A stretch of 50,331 nt of DNA from Octopus bimaculoides (GCF_001194135.2 NC_068992.1:48911803-48962133), one strand, 5' to 3'; positions 12,071 through 26,323 are shown, numbered from the stretch's first letter. Numbers and translations are program-made. The notes: generated by a model not told the origin, from the letters alone.

Positions 12071-12559
12071 TCACCTTTTTTTATTATATTTTTTATATTA
12101 CGGTTTTTCTTTTTCTTCTTTTATCTTTCTTCATTTGACTTTATTTCTAGTTTGTGTTTTGTTTTCCATTTTTTCAGGTTGCTTCTTTTTTTTTTTTTAC
12201 TTTATCTTTTCATTTATGTGTTGCCGCCAACATAAAACATAATCGTGACACGGTCCTGCAGTGGACTTGAAAAAGGTGATCAATGGTTGGGGAGTTGATC
12301 TGCTATAATAGATGAGGTGTGTTCCATCGTGACTGATGCTCACCATTTCATTATGATCAACTGGAGAGTCTCTTCAATTCATAAGTGAGTGTGTTGCCAG
12401 CATTTTAATTTGAAGTTCGTGATCACATCACTATACAAACTGAACCAAAATTACAGAAGTGTGTCATAGATATTATCAAAGATTGGCGGGCTTTTGTTGG
12501 CCATTTTCTTTACCAATTTTTTCGTCTTATTTCATTTTTCATTTTTATTTCTATTTCTT

Positions 12560-13195
<636 letters not shown>

Positions 13196-13835
13196 GAAAG
13201 AAAGAAAAAGAGCTTTCCTAAAAATTCTACACGAAACCATTTCTTTCTGCTTTGTGTATGTGCATGTGTTTATATGTGCATATGTGTATGTATGTATGTG
13301 TGCGTGCATGTATTCGCAATCTTTTTCTTTCGTTCCTTGCTATTTTCCCCCAGTTAATAATCAACATTTTTCAATGATTCCAGAAAGAGAAATAAAAGAA
13401 AATTTTCTGTGACTTCAAATGAAAAGCATAATTCGATGGATCAAAATATTTGAGAAATATTATTATTTTTTTTTTAGAAATTCCAGAAAAAAATTAGTCG
13501 CATGTGCGCATGCGTATGAATATGAGTGCATATGTGTGTCTGTGTGTGTGTGTGAGGCGTAATGATCTTTATAGAGGTTGGCTCACCAAGTGGTTGACGC
13601 TTGGACCAACATCGTATGTCATAGGTTCAATCCCAGTAATGTTCATAGCTGCGTCGTTGTGGTGGTGTTTCTTGGCTTAACGCTTTGTTCCTTTACACTT
13701 AGATCTCGCTTGGAATAAATATATTGGCCCTGGACTGAGCTGAGAAATGCACAGACCCAGTATCAGCTCTAATACCAAGGATATGCCCTACAGGTGTATG
13801 CTTAGAAGCGGTCCCATCTATTCTTGCCATTTTAG

Positions 13836-13883
<48 letters not shown>

Positions 13884-13969
13884 CTGAAGTTGGTAGTATC
13901 GACTGACGCTTTCCCCTCAAAATTGCTGGCCTTGTACCTACATTAGAAGCTGCTCCTGTGGGAAGGTGA

Positions 13970-14188
13970 TACGGCAGAGGCGCTAGAACGTAGAAAAATT
14001 GTTTAATTGTATTTGTTCTTGCTGTTTATGTTTCGAGTTCAAAAACCTACTCAGTTTTGCCATTCATCTTTTCATACGTGCAGAGTCGATAAAATAAAGT
14101 ACCTGTCAACTGTGTGAATGATGGAATCGACAAACACCCACTTACTCAGAACTTCTGGCCTTGTACCTAAATTAGAAACAATTATTAT
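13970..14188 (+). mobile_element. SINE family C, diverged copy
   Basis: GAGTTCAAA, GTCGATAAAATAAAGTACC and GGCCTTGTACCTAAATTAGAAAC align with 48655-48845. Confidence 0.6.
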
Positions 14189-15049
14189 AAGAAGTAGTAA
14201 CAGAGGTGGTAGTAGTCAGTATTATTATCAGCTGTAGTAATATTGGTGGTGATGTCTAACCGAAGACTGGATCTTTGGATTAGTTTTTTTTTTGCTATAT
14301 TTCTAGAGATAACTGCTGTGCTTTCTTCCACCGGTTTTTCTTTAAATCCTAAACGAGCACAAAGCAATGGAGAAAGCTAAATAACGAAGACATTTGTTCT
14401 GAGAGCCTACAGTTTCTACCTAACGCCCTCTCCTTAATAAATAATTGTGATTTATTTTCACCAGGCACCAGATCAATGTTTGTAAGGAGGTAGTGTGAAG
14501 AAGTGTATGTATTATTACAAACTATTCCTTCGAATCTTCAAAGAAACGAAAGTTCAAAGTTCGTCTTTACTGAGATTTAACACAGACTTCAGTGCATCGA
14601 GTCTACATTCCAGTCTATTGTTCCTAGTTCTTGTTAAAACACTGCCTTCTGTTAAATGTCTGACAGTGGGTGTCGTATATAAAATAATAATTTTTCAGAA
14701 TAATCTTTGGAGTTGAAAATATTTTTTTATAAATATTTTACTACTATATTGCGTTTCCAGTGATATGACACCTGTTCTCACTGCATTTACATTTAGGATG
14801 TACCAGAGAATATAAATCAACCTCAGCACATAACTGGTACTTTCTTTTACCGAAAGGCAAAATTCGACTCAGAAAATAAAGAGCCTTTGGGGGATGAAAC
14901 CAGGCTATAATGGATACTGGTACAAATGCATAGAGGTAGAAGTAAGTCAAAAGACATGCTAAAATTGCACTCCGTCAGAATAGGGTTATGCACCAACAGA
15001 AGGAAAACCTGAAACAAACATTGCTTTTATAATGTTAAGGAAACAAAGA

Positions 15050-15195
15050 CGGCGAGCAGACCGGACAAAATTCTTAGCATTTTGAGTTCAAATTCCGCCG
15101 AGGTTCCCTTTGGCTTTCATCCTCTCAGGTTCGATAAAATAAGTAGCAATTAAACAATGGAGTCGATATGATTGATTAACTTCCTCCCACAAAAT
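15050..15195 (+). mobile_element. SINE family C, diverged copy
   Basis: GAGTTCAAATTCCGCCGAGGT..CTTTGGCTTTCATCCT...TCGATAAAATAAGTA aligns with 48700-48790. Confidence 0.65.
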
Positions 15196-15551
15196 AACTC
15201 AGGCATTTTTTTTCGTATCATTTTTCTTTTCACCTTTACTGATACCATTAAATACATTCCTTAAACAGAACACTGCGTGCGATTCAGTATTTCGCTATTT
15301 ATTTATTTATTATTTTTGTATATATATTTATAGTGATTTTTTTCGCATGACTTTTCCGTAGAATATTCGAAACTTTAAACATTTAAGGGTTTTTAAGGTT
15401 TTAACTTTTATTTGTCTTTATTTATTGTAATTCAAGATCTAGACATTAAATGGCGGTTTTATATGTATTTGTATATCTGAATATATTTTAATATTCCGTT
15501 GAATATCTGTGGCCCTCATTATCTGCAGTAATCGGGACGATTCTGAAGGGA

Positions 15552-15640
<89 letters not shown>

Positions 15641-16081
15641 TGTATTATGTATATGTATGTATATCAAATTAAATATACAACGGAAAGAGCTACTAATAGT
15701 TTCATGCTATTATTATGATACTTGAACAGACATATAAAATACGCCATGTACTTTAAAGCAATCGTTCAGGCTCTGTTTATGCGTTATATACAGAGCAATG
15801 GGGAACCTCAACGGCAGATTGACAGAATGCATATGTAGAAGAGGATACCATCTGCAGGGCGTAATTAAGGCAAGTTATTTACTTTCTGTCAACAAAATCT
15901 TTTTGTTGGGTTTGGATTTTTTCTATTTTTTTGTTGGTTTTTTCAAAAGATCCCATTTTATAGGGTCACCTGCATAATTTTAAAAAGAAAACAAGGACGC
16001 TGGACACTAAGCAAATAAGAAAAACGTGGAGAAAACTTGAAGAAGGTTGGTGCAAAAACTAGAACACGAAAAAGAAACGAA

Positions 16082-16116
<35 letters not shown>

Positions 16117-16441
16117 TGTAGGTATGTATGTATGTATGTAGGTATGTATGTATGCATGTATACAGGTTTTCCCAAAATCATATTCACATCTTCCACAAGT
16201 TAAGGACCAAAACACTTGCCCGAGGTAGGTTTCTTCTCTGATGACCTTTCTGCTGTTCAGCTCTCTTGAGAATGTCTTACCACTGAGATCCATTAATCAA
16301 CATCATTGCATGTTAAATATTCTTAAAGCTTTAATTTGCTTGCCTACGTTCTCCAATGAACTCTGATCAGTTATGTGTTTTTTTTCTTTTTCTGAATATC
16401 TTTGAAATTGTAATGATAATTTATGGACACCTGTACATATA

Positions 16442-16506
<65 letters not shown>

Positions 16507-16637
16507 TTTATACATACTTATATATACATATACATATATAGATACATATGTATGTACATATACATACATGTCCATATTTACGTACGTACATTAATAGAAA
16601 CATACGTGCGTGAACATAGACACACACACACACACAC

Positions 16638-16706
<69 letters not shown>

Positions 16707-18033
16707 CATGTAGATTGGTACATATCTATAAGAAAGCATTTATCGTACACACCACTTGAATATGAAAGCATTTATCGTAGGCAACACTTGAATTGTTAGT
16801 TTAAGTTAATATCGTGTGGCAGGTATGGAAATGGATGATTTCCATAGTTGTAAGTAAGATGGAAGTAGAGATGTAAAATTAATAGTCAGTCAGGCAGTAG
16901 TAGAGTTAATGGTAATGTGAAGACGTGAAAGGAACTTATTCTTATTATGTTAAATATATTATATAACGAGAGATGATGGCTTCTTGCCGAAGTCTGTGCT
17001 AAAAGGTGGAATGGTGACGAAGATAGCTGATGGTACAGAAGATAGGGAAATAGCAAGCGTAATTGAGTGAATGAGAGACTGAGACAGATTGAATATTGCA
17101 AATAGATACGAAGATACATGCACACACACACACAAATATCATCTGTTCTTGACCAGTTTCTTTCCTGTTTATTGAGCTCTCTGGCAAAGTAATTTGTGCC
17201 AAAGAAATATTTCCATATATTAGGAAAGTGTTTATTCTTATAATTCGTATAACTCCTTGGGATCATTTCATTTTTATCCTTTGTTTTTTTTTTTTCTTTA
17301 CCTTAATTTCCTGACTCGAACACATTTGTAAAGGCAAATGTAACGTGTTTGTGTCTTGCAAATGTTTCTACCTTTATGGTATAGTCTGAAGAGGATATAC
17401 AATATATTACGATTTTTTCTTTGTTTTTTTCTTTTGTTTTTTTTTTTCTTAACATGTGGTTTAATATTTTGCACAGCCTCAAAAATGGTGAGAACAATCT
17501 GTATAGAACAAAGAAACACAGGGGAGATAACCACACAATTTAACTTGAAATTAATTAAATATAGAATACAGTGGAGAAGGAGTATATTTTAAGGTGAAAG
17601 AGTAACAACTATGAACAAGTTTCTATGTTATTACACTTCGTCTAAAACAACTGATGCGATTTAATATGAGCGGAGCAGGTCTGTAGTTAGCACCTTACTG
17701 TGAAAGTATATACTTACGTGACACTGCACCCCATTTTTACTTTTAATCAATTTAAATTTCTCAACCATCGTCCACTACGCTTGCGCCTATTTTTCATTGT
17801 TTTAATATAGCAGAAATCCAGGGACCATTCTTAAAAACGTGTGCCTCTCTCTGTGTGCATGTAGGTATTGTGCGTATGTGCATGAGTTGGTGTGCTGGAC
17901 TTAAGGCTTGAATTCATAACGACTTTTGGTAATGGGTTTATCCAGTCTATAGTAAGTATACGTTCCATTCCCTCTATCTATCTGTCTATTTAACTATCTG
18001 GAAGTCTTGTCTAGTGAATGCTTCAAAAAAAGA

Positions 18034-18308
18034 TGGGTGAATGTAGCAAGGATGGCACGTGTGAACGACGGAGCCATCTTGAGCATAACCCTATGAACGA
18101 GAAAAAAAAATAAAACAAAAAGGCAAAAGAGAGTCACTTACTGTTATAGTATCTTCAATGAGAATATTGACCAAGGTTACCGTGGTCTTTTCCGTGGGCT
18201 TTTCCTTCCACGGCTAAACCTAAACTGTCCTCCCCTCTTTTTACACGAGAACATTACTGTGTGATACACGATCCCTATTGATCGGCCTTTCCTTTTCTTT
18301 TTTTTTTC
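18034..18308. repeat. Interspersed repeat, copy 1 of a direct pair flanking an N gap
   Basis: GGGTGAATGTAGCAAGGATGG...GGTTACCGTGGTCTTTTCCGTGGGCTTTTC...GTGATACACGATCCCTATT aligns with 18766-18995, with clear divergence and an extra insert in copy 1. Confidence 0.7.
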
Positions 18309-18765
18309 NNNNNNNNNNNNNNNNNNNNNNNNNNNNNNNNNNNNNNNNNNNNNNNNNNNNNNNNNNNNNNNNNNNNNNNNNNNNNNNNNNNNNNNNNNNN
18401 NNNNNNNNNNNNNNNNNNNNNNNNNNNNNNNNNNNNNNNNNNNNNNNNNNNNNNNNNNNNNNNNNNNNNNNNNNNNNNNNNNNNNNNNNNNNNNNNNNNN
18501 NNNNNNNNNNNNNNNNNNNNNNNNNNNNNNNNNNNNNNNNNNNNNNNNNNNNNNNNNNNNNNNNNNNNNNNNNNNNNNNNNNNNNNNNNNNNNNNNNNNN
18601 NNNNNNNNNNNNNNNNNNNNNNNNNNNNNNNNNNNNNNNNNNNNNNNNNNNNNNNNNNNNNNNNNNNNNNNNNNNNNNNNNNNNNNNNNNNNNNNNNNNN
18701 NNNNNNNNNNNNNNNNNNNNNNNNNNNNNNNNNNNNNNNNNNNNNNNNNNNNNNNNNNNNNAAGG

Positions 18766-18995
18766 TGGGTGAATGTAGCAAAGATGGTGCGTGCGAGTGA
18801 CGATACCTCTTTGAGCATGATCCTATAAATCGAAAAAAAAAAAATTAAACCTGCTGAGGTTACCATGGTCTTTTCCGTAGGCTTTTCTCTCCATGGATAA
18901 ACCTAATGTTACCCCATTTTACACAATTGACATTTTCTGTGATATACGATACCCCTATTTTTTTTTTTTGCCCCTACCGATCCCTTTTGATCGGA
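18766..18995. repeat. Interspersed repeat, copy 2
   Basis: Diverged direct copy of 18034-18308. Confidence 0.7.
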
Positions 18996-19240
18996 TTTTT
19001 TTTTTTTCTCTTAAAGAAAAGCTCTACAGTTGTATTTGTCCCCTCTGTGTGCAGCCCTGTGTGGCTAATAAAAGAAAGTTATCTATCTACCTACCTACCT
19101 ACCTATCTATCTATCTATCTATTTATCTATCTATCTAACTATATATCTATCTATCGTTCTACCTATCTATCTATCTTGTATTCGGTCAAACATCTGTGTC
19201 TATCTTTCTGTTTGTCTGTTTCGTAGTTGATCATTTGTGT

Positions 19241-19309
<69 letters not shown>

Positions 19310-19368
19310 GCAGCTAGACAGAGAGGCAGACAGGCAGACAGGCAGACAGACAGATTGTACACAAATAA

Positions 19369-19495
19369 ATTTAGAGAAATGAATATATATAAATATTCAC
19401 TTTCAAATAACACCACATGAAATTAAAAAACATAGTCGTGTTTTCAAAACAGCAGATTTGAAAGAAAACCTGTTTCCCATTATATGTGTGTATGT
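19369..19495 (+). repeat. 127-bp direct repeat, copy 1
   Basis: 6 mismatches versus 21532-21658. Confidence 0.85.
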
Positions 19496-20645
19496 GTATG
19501 TGCGTATATGTGTTTATTTGGTGTCTTTGTGTATGTGTGTGTGTCTCTGTGTGCATATACGTGTGCATATGCATGTGCATGTATGCATAATTATGTATCT
19601 ATATATGTGTGTGTGTGTATGTATGTATACATATGCATGCGTGAATGTAAACGTAGGTACATAAGTTTATGTATGTGTATATATAAATGTGTGTGCGCGT
19701 ATATATACGTGTGTATATAAGTATGTATGTATATATGTGTGTGTATGTATATATATNNNNNNNNNNNNNNNNNNNNNNNNNNNNNNNNNNNNNNNNNNNN
19801 NNNNNNNNNNNNNNNNTATATATATATATATATATGAATATATAGCGGTTAATGGTGGCTTGTTGCCGAAGTTTGTGCTCAACGAAAAAGAGTAAAGAAA
19901 ATGTAGTCGATGATGTATATAAATAAGACAAGTAAAACGGTTAGAGGTCCGTGTGTATGTGTGTATCTATATCTTTGTGCATGTGCGTGCATTTGTGTGC
20001 GCGGCGCGGGTATGTGTGTATGTGTGCGTGCCTACGTGCGGGTATGAGTGTGCGTATGTGAGTGTGAAGATATACAAAAAGAAACTATGCTAAATGCTGC
20101 GCAGGAGGAAATAAACAAGAGATAGTATAAAGTGCAATGGTGTTGAAATATGTCGGAAATGTTGCTTCCTGTACAGGCATAATATTCTTGTTAGTCTCGC
20201 TAACGATGGCAATTGTTGAGTTAAAGGTATTTGCAGAATGTGAGGCGGTAACTTAGCGACGTTTCATGTCACTCAACGATTATGTTCACTCAGAACTGTT
20301 AAAAAGAGACTGATTGACAAGTATATCAGCTGAACGAAACGCAGACGTTAGCCTTACAGAGTTACTGAAATACCAGACCCAGTGACGGCCAGATAATGAT
20401 ATGAGAGATCTTTTGAGTCAGCAGAAGATTTTCGATAGACAAGTAGACAGAGGGAGCGCGGTGGTGGGGAGATAGATAGATAGATACATACATACATACA
20501 TACATACATACATACATACATACATAGTAATATATCTAAGAATATATTTGCACATGCAGTAAATATGTATATATAAAGTTTTTATACATGTGTGTGTGTG
20601 AGTGTGTGTGTGTGTATACATATACACGTGTATAAACATATTTGG

Positions 20646-20791
20646 GGATGTTTCTATGTGGCCTGCTTGTTTGTTGCACCTTGTTTACCATTTTGTCCAT
20701 GTTCTTTTGCCACGTCATGTACCCAGTTATGTATCTATATGTACATGTGGATGAAGGTATATACATACATGTACATATATATGCATATACT
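20646..20791 (+). repeat. Second, partial, inverted copy of the 1942-2623 repeat
   Basis: Near-identical reverse complement of about 1952-2098 (GATGTTTCTATGTGGCCTGCTTGTTTGTTG...GGATGAAGGTATATACATACATG). It ends at an N gap. Confidence 0.8.
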
Positions 20792-21531
20792 AATANNNNN
20801 NNNNNNNNNNNNNNNNNNNNNNNNNNNNNNNNNNNNNNNNNNNNNNNNNNNNNNNNNNNNNNNNNNNNNNNNNNNNNNNNNNNNNNNNNNNNNNNNNNNN
20901 NNNNNNNNNNNNNNNNNNNNNNNNNNNNNNNNNNNNNNNNNNNNNNNNNNNNNNNNNNNNNNNNNNNNNNNNNNNNNNNNNNNNNNNNNNNNNNNNNNNN
21001 NNNNNNNNNNNNNNNNNNNNNNNNNNNNNNNNNNNNNNNNNNNNNNNNNNNNNNNNNNNNNNNNNNNNNNNNNNNNNNNNNNNNNNNNNNNNNNNNNNNN
21101 NNNNNNNNNNNNNNNNNNNNNNNNNNNNNNNNNNNNNNNNNNNNNNNNNNNNNNNNNNNNNNNNNNNNNNNNNNNNNNNNNNNNNNNNNNNNNNNNNNNN
21201 NNNNNNNNNNNNNNNNNNNNNNNNNNNNNNNNNNNNNNNNNNNNNNNNNNNNNNNNNNNNNNNNNNNNNNNNNNNNNNNNNNNNNNNNNNNNNNNNNNNN
21301 NNNNNNNNNNNNNNNNGGTTTCAGAGTTCTTTTAGCAAATAAAATAATTTGCTAGGCGAAGTCTTCATCAGCAGGTACACCTAGATTAAGCATATAAGCA
21401 CGAGGCGATCCAGCATATGCCCCGTGCTTATACATTCTAATTTTTTTAAACTACCGCGCAAGCGCAGCTCCTCGTCGGCAGTAAATAAAAATGATGTCAG
21501 CGTTTCATTCGAAAATTTTCCAGAAAAAAAC

Positions 21532-21658
21532 ATTTAGAGAACTGAATATATATAAATATACACTTTCAAATAAACCCACACGAAATTAAAAAACACAGTC
21601 GTGTTTTCAAAACAGCAGATTTGAAAGAAAACCTGTTTCCCATTATATGTGTGTATGT
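21532..21658 (+). repeat. 127-bp direct repeat, copy 2
   Basis: 6 mismatches versus 19369-19495. The 3' half is identical. Confidence 0.85.
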
Positions 21659-22834
21659 TTGAACATATTTATTTTTCATTCCCTTCAAAATTTATCCCTA
21701 ATAGTGGCTTGGATTTTAGCTGTTCCTTCTAGCGTGCAAGAATCCTATGATGGATACCTCTTATGTGTTTAAATGTACACTGTAAAAGGCAGGCGGCCAC
21801 GTGGTTTTATGTTTATGAGCGTAAAATAAGGATGTTTTCTGACAATAAACTATTTGTAAGCACAAACCCGTGTGGATGCCGGATTTTGTTTCTTCCAAGG
21901 CCACAGGCAAACGAAATCGCACCCACCAAAGTTTCCTCGCTAGTTCAAAGGGGTAAAGGCATCCCAAATGCCAGGTTTATTTGTAAGTGCATGTGTGTGG
22001 AAGGATAGAACAGAACACCCGAAAATCAATATGAGTTTAAACTGGTCGAAAAACAGAGACTAAAAGCTGGAGGTGATAAGCGAAATAGTCTCAAAGTTCT
22101 GTTGCAATAACTTAAAAATACAGATATGTATGTCCCGGAGAGTTCCATTTGGGGTTGTTTCGTTGGGAACGTCTCATTAAAAGTCAAGTTGTTGTCAATT
22201 CCTTTTGGCAAGAATACTGAGCTAGGTTAACAAAACATTAGATACAATGGTTTGGACATTTTCAACCGTTCTTAATATTTTCCAGCTAAGTGATCAACAG
22301 AAAAGTAGAGAAATAAGTAACAATAAATGATAGCTACATACATCATTTATCTTCAACATCTCGCTCTAACTTCGACTGGTTTCGAAGTTAATGTAGCATC
22401 GCTGCTGGAATTTAAGGAAATGTTTTCGGCAATGTCAGAATCACTCGAAGTAATTCTTAAAAAATTATCTTTAGTGATTTATTTTGGTTGCGAAGTAAAA
22501 TTAAGAAAAATACCAACGAAGTAAATTTGGATTTTATAAATGGGAAGAAGGAATCGTTCTGTTAAAGGTTCATAGAGAAATTTACCTAAATCTCTCACTC
22601 TAAAAGAGCAGTCAGTGTGAGCATGTGGGTGTATGTGGGGGTGTGCGCGTGTATGTGTGTGTGTGTATGTGTGTGCATGTGTGTGAGCTTGTGTGGTATG
22701 TGTATCTATCTGTGTATATCTGTTGTGTCTGCTTACGTACTTCGAAATGAATGACGGTATGTATTTGTGTGCGCGCGCGTGCGGTGTGTATGTGTACCTG
22801 TAAATGCATGATAGTGTGTATGTGTTTGTGTTGA

Positions 22835-23094
22835 GTGCGGTGTGTGTGTGTGTTTACGTGTAGGAAATGTATGATGGTATGTATCTCGGTGTTTGTGTGT
22901 GTTCGTGTGCCTGTAAATATACGACGGTGTGTGACTCCGTGTGTGNNNNNNNNNNNNNNNNNNNNNNNNNNNNNNNNNNNNNNNGTGCGGTGTGTGTGTG
23001 TGTTTACGTGTAGGAAATGTATGATGGTATGTATCTCGGTGTTTGTGTGTGTTCGTGTGCCTGTAAATATACGACGGTGTGTGACTCCGTGTGT
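22835..23094 (+). repeat. Exact 111-bp duplication either side of a 38-N gap (probable unmerged contig overlap)
   Basis: 22835-22945 is identical to 22984-23094, with Ns at 22946-22983. Confidence 0.8.
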
Positions 23095-24004
23095 GTGATG
23101 ATGATGCATATCTGTATCCGTGTGTATGTCAGCCTGTTTATCTATGTACGTTCGTATAAACTACAAAGTGTGTCTGTGTGCATGCTTTCTTACGTGTTAT
23201 GATGTGCATGTGTATATGTATCAATGTTCGTATGTATCCGTGTGAATGCCTAACGGTGTGTGTGTGTGTGTCTGTTTATAAGTAGGTGTTATTCTGTGCA
23301 TGTATGTCTCTGTATATGTCATTTACCTGTGTGCTGTGTTATTAACAAATATGAAATATCTGTAAAGGACAGTCATTGAAGACGCCATTGGAGATTTGCA
23401 TCGATGTCTAATGTGAGACAGGGCAAAAATTAGCTTGGTGGAGGTAAACCTACAGTTTATGCGATTGACAATGTAATGAGCCGAGGTGGCTAACACAGCA
23501 CCACAGGACACTTGTATAACTTGTTCCATGTTCGTCCACCGCAACGACGAGGGCTGTGTAGTCATTCAAGGTGATGGTTGAGTGATGACTTGTGCAATAG
23601 TTTTGTTTAAAGTGAAAAAGTGTTGCATGTGTCCATGATCATCTTCAATTCACTGGAAAGACCAGGACAAGACCAGAGCAAGACAACTTGGAATAGAAAC
23701 GAATGCAGCAGATAACCAAGATATCTTACATGCCTCATCTTTCTCTCTGCACTCTACAAGGCATAGATGCAGCCACCTTCCTTTCTACCAGATCTAACCT
23801 TCATATACATATATAAACAAGCTTTCATATGTTAATTAACCCATAGCTGGGACCCTGACAGGTGCTACTATTCTGGGTAAGTGTAGACCTGGGAACAATA
23901 ATGGCTAAGAGGTGTTTTCACCCTCCTCAAACCCCTGGAATTCCCGAACCAGAGATCCTCAACTGAATACAGTCGCACTCAGAACTTGGTTAAACTAAAT
24001 CTAC

Positions 24005-24365
24005 ATACAACCAAGTGTGTGGATGTATATTCATTTAAAGAATCCTAGATGGAAAATCTTTACATCTTTAGTTGTCTTAAAATTATCACTGTGCCACTAA
24101 AAGACTGGATTTGGAGAATGCACATCAGTTTCTTTCGTTCCTCGAAAAATCTTGTGCTTTTACGTTTTTGTGTAAATCTGTTGATACATAACCTAATGCA
24201 CCTATGATGATAGGTACAAATGAGAATTCATAGTGATGGTACAATAGTTGTAAATTCTTAACCGTTAAGTGTTCTCTTTTTGTGGGGGAATTTTGATTGT
24301 ACTTTCATATTTACTGGGCAGCAGACCTCTACAACAGTGCATGACTTTTGTTCCATGTCTCACAG
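24005..24365 (-). mobile_element. 3' end of an RLE-type non-LTR retrotransposon (copy 1)
   Basis: Minus strand reads EQKSCTVVEVCCP and FVPIIIGALGYV (PIIIGALG at 24214-24191), which is the conserved C-terminal motif of RLE-clade LINE ORFs. Confidence 0.75.
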
Positions 24366-24446
24366 GGTGTATATATGTATGATGTATGTATTTATGTAAT
24401 GTATGTGTGTTTGTATGCATGTATATAGGAGACAAGTCTGGATTAT

Positions 24447-24600
24447 ACGGTTAAGAGCTTCGCCTCCCAACCACCTCTTTTCGAGTTCGATCCCAAATTC
24501 TTTGCATTTGGGGCAAATATTTTGTAATATAGCCTCGGGTTGGTCGATAGCTTAAGAGTAAAATTTAGAAAGTTTGAAAACTGAGCAGAATTGACAAAAG
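24447..24600 (+). mobile_element. SINE family D head, diverged
   Basis: GGTTAAGAGCTTCGCCTCCCAACCAC...GAGTTCGATCCC...GGGGCAAAT...TATAGCCTCGGGTTGG aligns with 41081-41188. Confidence 0.6.
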
Positions 24601-24863
24601 AAAGCAGTTTGATACTTTGGAGCATGTAACAGTATGGTTAGATATTTAATCATGAATTAATTTAAATTATTTGTTTGAAGCGTATAATAAGGGCCTCGTG
24701 TATTCAACCATTAGTCAATTTAACTCATTCGTTGAGAGAGTTCAACAACATCGTAAGGTCTGTCATTCAGACGTTTGTCATTCTAAAATATCTGTACAAA
24801 AATTTCAATTTAAGCTCATAAGAAGTATTTATATTTTGAACAGGTCTTTACTATATAATTTCA

Positions 24864-25240
24864 ATGGAACCATATCGTCATTTTTTCTGGAATTCAAAGA
24901 TCACACCAATCATTACCCTTACTATGAGGTTTCCCATGTTTTAATATATTCCCAAGATTGGAGAATATATAAAGAGAATGTGTTGGGTAGCTTTCTCATT
25001 TAATGGAAACGAGTCTCTTTTGCCCCCGTTTAACACCAATTTCGTTTTAAGAAACCGTCCGCTTCAAAACAAGTTATTGGAGCGCTTCGAATAAGAGATT
25101 TCCAATTAAATAGGAGTGACATTCAGAAGAACGACCAACAGATTTTAAAGAATATTTTGAAAAATTTCCAAAATTCAAACATTTTCATCCATTCGGACAA
25201 AAATATCAAAAACCAAACTATATGAAATTAATACGGTTTT
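24864..25240 (+). mobile_element. Penelope-like element (PLE), degenerate N-terminal region
   Basis: Frameshifted translation gives IKRMCWVAF (24969-24995; PLE IKRMRWKAF), PLQNKLLERFE..I..VTFRRTTNRF, and NIFIHSDK..TKLYEIN (PLE ADKT.NLY). It contains many stops. Confidence 0.75.
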
Positions 25241-25269
25241 TTTTTTATTAAAGAATATTACTAATACTT

Positions 25270-25272
25270 ATA

Positions 25273-25363
<91 letters not shown>

Positions 25364-25365
25364 AT
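25270..25365. repeat. (TAA)n(GAT)n tract inside the PLE
   Basis: Seen directly. Confidence 0.95.
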
Positions 25366-25895
25366 ACATTCCATTTCATTAATGTAAATTCTAAGCTATC
25401 GAGTTAGAAATAGATGACAGGTTTCCGTGTTTACTTTTACGAAGGCTTTTATTTAAATAGCACAAGCGGAATTTTATTAATAATCATCTCGTAGGTTAAT
25501 AAATTCAACCAAAAGCGATTTAGGTATAGTGAGCAAAAGTATTTTAGACACTATTATTCTTAAAATTAAACGAACAACCACATTACCATTATGGAATAAC
25601 AGTATTAATTGATTCAATAATATTAATAATAAGTGCCTTTTATAAATTTACCCAGTTTGATTTCATTGAATTCTAGCCTTCGCTAATTAAATCTTTGCTC
25701 GAAAACGCATTAGTTTTTGCCAAGAATTATATTTCAATCATCGCTTCTGATATCAAAATAATCTTGTATACAAGATCATTGCTTTCTTTTGATAACGATC
25801 TATGGGTAAAGAAGAATAATGCTAATTCTTTTGATGTAGCGCTGTGTAGACTAGAATCTGCCGATATTTCTGAGCTCATTAGTCTTTATATTTTG
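25365..25895 (+). mobile_element. PLE reverse transcriptase fragment (N-terminal RT motifs), pseudogenised
   Basis: Translations include RRLINSTKSDLGIVSKSILD (25490-25549), FTQFDFIEF*PS (25647-25682; cf. QFDIVEFYPS), and the ORF-track LWVKKNNANSFDVALCRLESADISELISLYIL (cf. WVKK...FDVTMGS.DGAE.CELVGLYIL). Confidence 0.85.
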
Positions 25896-25899
25896 GACT

Positions 25900-25941
25900 A
25901 TATGCGTGTGTACATAGAAATATATAGATAGATAGATAGAT

Positions 25942-25980
<39 letters not shown>

Positions 25981-26193
25981 CAGATAGATAGATAGATTTA
26001 TATGCGTGTGTATATATATNNNNNNNNNNATATATATATATATATACATATACACGCACATATATATATATATACATATATATATACATATACACATATA
26101 TGTATATATACATATACATAAATAAAAATATGTGTATATATATATATACATATATATACACACGCACACATATATAAGCATATATATATATAT

Positions 26194-26245
<52 letters not shown>

Positions 26246-26290
26246 ATTTAGGTTAGTTATACGTAAACAATGCTTAGCGCATTTACTCCG

Positions 26291-26323
<33 letters not shown>

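Noticed and set aside
21455-21470. NRF1-like CGCGCAAGCGCA motif (also TGCGCATGCG near 13505)
   Set aside because: It is a short isolated match with no supporting promoter context or nearby supported first exon.
22327-22524. 65-aa ORF, and the 80-aa minus-strand ORF at 23323-23565
   Set aside because: They show no domain motif and no convincing pair of splice sites.
22835-23094. Biological tandem duplication
   Set aside because: The copies are 100% identical and directly flank a short N gap, which is typical of unmerged contig ends.
25610-25612. In-frame TGA in the PLE RT as possible selenocysteine
   Set aside because: It falls where related PLEs have Trp (W-F..I), so it is a TGG to TGA decay, and the copy has many other stops.
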